Assembly (NCBI GenBank): GCA_964016885.1
Contig: OZ024743.1
Span: 160,704,001 to 160,768,000, forward strand
Length of the DNA stretch: 64,000 nt
Source of the DNA: Eledone cirrhosa
Lineage: Eukaryota
Direction: 5' to 3'
In this document: in pieces, positions 59,099-64,000 of the stretch
Position numbering within the stretch: position 1 is the stretch's first letter
Layout of the letters: the number at the start of each line of letters is the position of its first letter
The notes under the pieces: model-generated
The model's database searches: none
Told to the model about the DNA's origin: nothing
What the model saw: only the letters and a program-made list of their open reading frames with translations
Program-made: the position numbers and the translations under genes

Positions 59099-62000
59099 TT
59101 AGGGAGAAGTGTTTAGACGGGGTCCGTATTTGTTAATGAAGTGAGATTCCTTGCTGATGCGCTGGGTGTGGGTGGCATTATCTTTAAATTTGTAGTAGCG
59201 AAAGATTCTGAAGTTGGGATGATTTTGGGCGACACAGGTATCAATGTGTTCACTCAGTCGTATTTTCCTGTATTCCCGTATTTTAATTTGGGATCTATGG
59301 ACAGTCATGCTTGGCGGAGGCTGTTTTTGGTCTGGCCTATGTTTTGTTCTCGACAACCTGAGCAAGTTAATACATATATTAGATTTTCTGATGCGCATGT
59401 GAAATTGTGTTTTACTATAAAACGTTGTCCTTCTTTGAAATAGAATTCCGAACACTCTATTAGGTTGATGCATATGCCACAGTTGGGTCTATCGCATTTT
59501 TTTACTGTGGGTTTCGTTGTTGTGGTTGGCAGTACTTTGGCATGTGTTAGGATGTTTTTCATTGACTTAGATTGTCTTTTGCTCTTTATGATATCGTGTG
59601 TTCGTAGCATTTGGTTCATTCTATGGTCCTCTTTTAACACAGGGATGTTCTGGAGGATGATGTCAAAGGCCTCATTGTTGAGGGGGTTGTGTGTGGAGAT
59701 GTATGGAAGAGCTTTTAGTTTCGGTTGATTTACTTTAGGGTGTCTAAGGTCCTGGGTACTGAGTTTTAGGGAACGTTGGATTCCATTGTCAATTAGTGAT
59801 GCAGGGTAGTCCCTGCCTATGAGTGTGTCCTTTAGTTCTTGTAGCCGTAAGTAACAGGTGTTTTTATTGGAGACTATAGTACAGATTCTCTTGGCTAAGT
59901 TGTAGGGAATATTAATTTTAACGTGTCTAGGGTGGCAAGAGTTGCTTGGAGTCTGTGGGCTTGTAGTATATGTCTGTTTCTATTTTTTTGTTATGAATCT
60001 TAATGAGGATTCGAGGAAGGGGAGTTGTTGATGGCTGTATTCCATCGTAAAGTTAATATTCGTGTTGAGCCCATTTATAAGGGTGTGAAATTCTTTAAGT
60101 TTCTCGATGTTTTCGTGCCAAAGGATGAAGCAGTCATCTAGATATCGCTTCCAGTTCCTTTCTATGTGTAAGTGGAGAGTGTTTCCAAATTTGTTTAGTA
60201 CTTTAGTGTAGAGGGGGATTTTCCAGGTATCCCATGACTAGGTTGGCATAAGTGGGGGCTGTTTTCGTTCCCATAGCGGTCCCAGATTTCCGCCTGTAGG
60301 ATTTGTTATTGAAAACGAAGTAATTGTTCTCCGAGATAAATTTCAGTCCCTCTATCACGAATTCTTTTTTGATGCGTTGTGGGAGTTCATTGTGGTAATT
60401 ATCCAGCCAGAATTGGATAGCTTTTATTCCTAGGTTGTGGGGGATGTTGGAGTATAGGTTGACTACATCGAACGTCACTAGTAGGGTTTGTTCAGAAAGG
60501 GGCATATTAGGGAGGTGATTGAGCATATCTAGGTCGCCCTTATATAGCTTTTGATGTGTTTGAAAAAAGGCTTGAGAAGGGTATCAATGAAGTTGCTAAG
60601 GCGGTGGGTCTCGCAAGCGGGTTCTGCTATTATAGGTCTTAATTTGAGATCATTGGGTGAGGGGACATTGATGACTATGTTTGTGGCTTCCTTGCATGTC
60701 TTACTTATTAATTCGCTTTTATGTACTTTAGGGATACCGTAGAAAAGGCTGCATTTACTTGTGAAGTCTGTGATGAAGCTGAATTCCTTCTTTGTATTGG
60801 TTGATCAGAGTTTTTAGGTTTCTCATAATTTTCTGTGTTCAGCCTTTTCGTAGTATGTTTCGTTTTCCAAAGTGGAGAGCGCTAAGTTGATATAGAATTC
60901 TGTCTCCATTAGGACTACTGTACTCCCTTTATCATCCTCTTTAATTGTAATGGTTCTGTCGGTTTTTAATCTATTTAATTCTTCCCATTCTTTCTTGTTG
61001 AGGTTTGGCTTGTGTTTTTGTCTGTGCAAGTGTTGGTAAGGGAAGTTTGTGATGTGTTCACAGAATTCGTCCAGGATTTTATTTCTACCTTTTGATGGGG
61101 TGTAATTACTTCTATTTCTGGCTAATGATTCATCCTCATTGTACTGGTCGAATAGTTGTTCACTAAGTCGTAACTTTCTACAGAAGTCTGTGATGTCTTC
61201 CTTCATTTCATAGTAGTTAGGACGTAGTGGGGTCGGTGTGAATTTAAGACCTTTGGAGAGTAAGTTGATAAGGTTGAGTGTTGGTTCTGCACTAGTTAGA
61301 TTGATAATTTTTATTACTCTTGGTTTCTCCTCCCTGTCTTGTGTTATTTTGCCTGTATCTGTGTGCTGTGTCTAAAAAATGGTTGGGGTAGAGGGGTTGT
61401 CTGCTGATGTTAAGTGGTCTACTGTGTTTGTTATATTCCTTGTTGTTGTAAGATGTGGTTCGGGTTCGTGGTTGTAGATTGAATTGGGTGTTCCTGTATT
61501 GCGAGTATGGATGTGTGTTTCTATGTGCCATGTTGGATTGTGGTGTCATAGGTGGCCTACGTTGCTGGTTGTATCGTGTGGTGTGGGTTTGTTGGATTGT
61601 GGTGTCATAGGTGGCCTACGTTGCTGGTTGTATCGTGTGGTGTGGGTTTGTTGTGTATTGTGGAAGCGAGAGTTGAGAAAATGGAAATTACCTTGCTGTC
61701 CCCTTGAAGCGAGGAAGTTGTTACATCTATCATGGTGGTGGTATCTTTTCCCTATGTTTGACGATGAGGCATCCGCGTAGTAGTTGAGTGATTTGGTATG
61801 GTGTCTCCTTGAAGGGGGAAAGTTGTAAATGTCATTCTGGGGGTGATGATTTCTAGGGTTTTTGGTCCTTCTTATGGAAGCGAGGTTGGGAAGTTCATCT
61901 TCGGTGTGCTGCTTCCTTCTTCTTTTGTTAGTGGCTGGGGGGTTTGCGAAGTTGTTGTGCGGTTCGGTTATGGGTTTTCCTATTTTTATGAACGGGTTAT

Positions 62001-62709
62001 TGGAGGTCTAATCCGTTTGAAAAGTCGATTCATAGTTTAGGAACCAAGCGGCACTATTTTCCCAGCGTTGAAGGGATTTCAGTTCTTCTCTGTTGCAGTC
62101 ACCTTTCTATAATTTAGAGATCTTCTCTACCTTGGGGCCTTCGATCTTATTGTTGATTTCCAGGAGGATCTCTTCATCGATGGTTTTGATTTTTTCCTCA
62201 TTTGTCTGGGCCCTCAATTTAAGAAGTTCAATTTCTGTCTTCATTTTTTCCAATGCCATTCTTTCCTTAAGGTGTCTTTGAGGTTCGGGTTCATTTGGAA
62301 TGGACTTTATTTGTATTTTACGGGGGAGAGTTAGAGGGGTTGAGTTAAACCATTTTTCATATATCTCCACTTTGTTGTGATTTTGTATCATCTTCCAGAA
62401 TGAGAACTTTCTGTCTCTGATGGATTTGTTCCATTTTGGAATTGTTCGAATTTTTATTTTGTATGAATCAATCTCACATGGTTCTTCGTTGGTTTTTCCT
62501 GGGTTGGTAGTAGTGAACATAGTTTGGATAGTATCGCAAAGGTTTTGAAGTTTATCGCCGATTTCGGAGGGTTTGTATCCGGTGACGGTTTCCTCATTTG
62601 TGGAGTCAAGTTTGTCGACCAGCACAGATAGGTTGGTGTTAATTTTCTTGAGCTCCTGTAGAATCTCTTCATTTGTGTTGCTACGAGTTGTATCTGTTTT
62701 TGTTGGCAT
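59099..62709 (-). pseudogene. Penelope RT + GIY-YIG ORF, frameshifted
   Basis: DKGSTVV, LVTFDVVNLYSNIP, GTAMGTKTAPTYANL, WKRYLDDCF (~60125-60155), NLIYVLTCSGCREQNIGQT, ESHFINKYGPRLN. Confidence 0.88.
61532..61650. repeat. Two-copy ~59-bp tandem duplication inside the Penelope ORF
   Basis: ttggattgtggtgtcataggtggcctacgttgctggttgtatcgtgtggtgtgggtttg repeated. Confidence 0.9.
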
Positions 62710-63085
62710 TTTCTGTATCTCGTGTGAGGATATGATATTTAAAAGAATAGAGGTGTAACACACGAGTTATGATATATTGGTAAAAGGAAAAGAAAATGGT
62801 GACAAATTGTTCCCAGTGAAAAGTAGTTTAATTAGGAATAAGTAAAAATTAGTAATAAGTATTGGTTAGTATTCAGTTTTGGTTTTAAGTTTTTACCGGT
62901 TGCGCATTTCTAATGCTTTTCAAAAATAATTTTGAGATAGAGCACCCGCTATGTTTTCTCTAATCTGATTAGTTTTGGAAATTCTACCTGTTTTATGTGA
63001 AAAAAGTGGCTCCAGATGTATTAAAATAAGTTTCGCGCCAAATCGTGTGTCGCAAAAATTCTTGTGGTCAAAACAATTTTGATTG

Positions 63086-63088
<3 letters not shown>

Positions 63089-63145
<57 letters not shown>
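63089..63145. repeat. (TA)n microsatellite abutting the Penelope 5' end
   Basis: Seen directly. Confidence 0.98.
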
Positions 63146-63149
<4 letters not shown>

Positions 63150-63845
63150 TTATTTATTTATTTATACTATATATACATATATTTAGGGAGTGTGAAAAGG
63201 ACTACTCTCATTGCTTACAGCTCTTGGGCATATTGCAACTCTGATATATTGTATCAACATTATATAAACGCAATTCAACACTACAAGCTGTTTAGAACAC
63301 GAAATATATGTGTATGAGACTACATATTTGATACAGTCTAATCATAGTTGTATGAATAATTAGTCATATAGGCAGATGGTACATCACATATTGTTGTAGA
63401 CTCTAACAACTTTACTGCTCCTTGTAGTTGCTATCAGCCAATATTACCAAGTAGCAGAGACAGTCTTCTGGTATCTCTTTATATTTTCTAAATAGCTTAT
63501 AATTTATTGAATTTATTTCGCATATGTGAAGACTCTTAAGTTTAAATATGACGGCAAGCAGTAGTGTAATCCTCTTAACTGCCAAACGCGGGAGATTATA
63601 TACATTTATAGAGTTGTTTTAATATCTGTTAAAATTGGATATATAAAACTAATGGTAAATCATATAAAACACTGTTAATTTTCTCTCTTCATTTCTTTTC
63701 CTTTCAATCGTTATATGGTGTCGTATGGAAAACTGGAATAAAACCATATTCCCTGGAGGCATTCGATTTCGTGATAGCTAATCTTCTCGTAGCTGGCAAA
63801 TTTTTACAGGACTTTATAATGCGCTTTATATATATGTATGTTTCA

Positions 63846-63848
<3 letters not shown>

Positions 63849-63921
<73 letters not shown>

Positions 63922-63944
63922 GGGGGGGTTATATGCATACATTC

Positions 63945-63977
<33 letters not shown>
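63849..63977. repeat. (TA)n, G-run and (AAT)n
   Basis: Seen directly. Confidence 0.95.
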
Positions 63978-63979
<2 letters not shown>

Positions 63980-64000
63980 CTGCTTGATATCAGGAGAGGT

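Larger units (their letters stand above)
57775..63088 (-). mobile_element. Near full-length Penelope-like element with direct pLTR repeats
   Basis: Repeat 57775-58300 matches 62735-63088; the ORF has PLE-type RT and GIY-YIG motifs. Confidence 0.88.

Noticed and set aside
57775-63088. LTR retrotransposon reading of the direct repeats
   Set aside because: No TG..CA ends, gag, protease or integrase; the RT and GIY-YIG are Penelope-type

Overview
Eukaryotic, microsatellite-rich DNA made almost entirely of transposable elements; I recognise no host gene. The SINE type and repeat landscape suggest a cephalopod such as Octopus, but that is inference. From 1 to about 48.3 kb, (AAT)n tracts, all in the same orientation, are packed with non-LTR retroelements. 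Tx1-like (L1-group, APE+RT) elements and a tRNA-derived SINE lie on the minus strand and end in (ATT)n. Two distinct R4/Dong-like (RT + CCHC + restriction-like endonuclease) families lie on the plus strand and end in (TAA)n. Each R4 family has formed a head-to-tail array of one identically 5'-truncated unit: 6 x ~1349 bp and 7 x ~2014 bp, each unit keeping an open nuclease-containing ORF. The right 16 kb holds a nested non-autonomous Helitron pair, a decayed RTE element with short derivatives next to (ATAC)n, a Tc1/mariner remnant, and several Penelope-like elements with hammerhead motifs near (TA)n. Boundaries were read by eye and may be off by a few bases.
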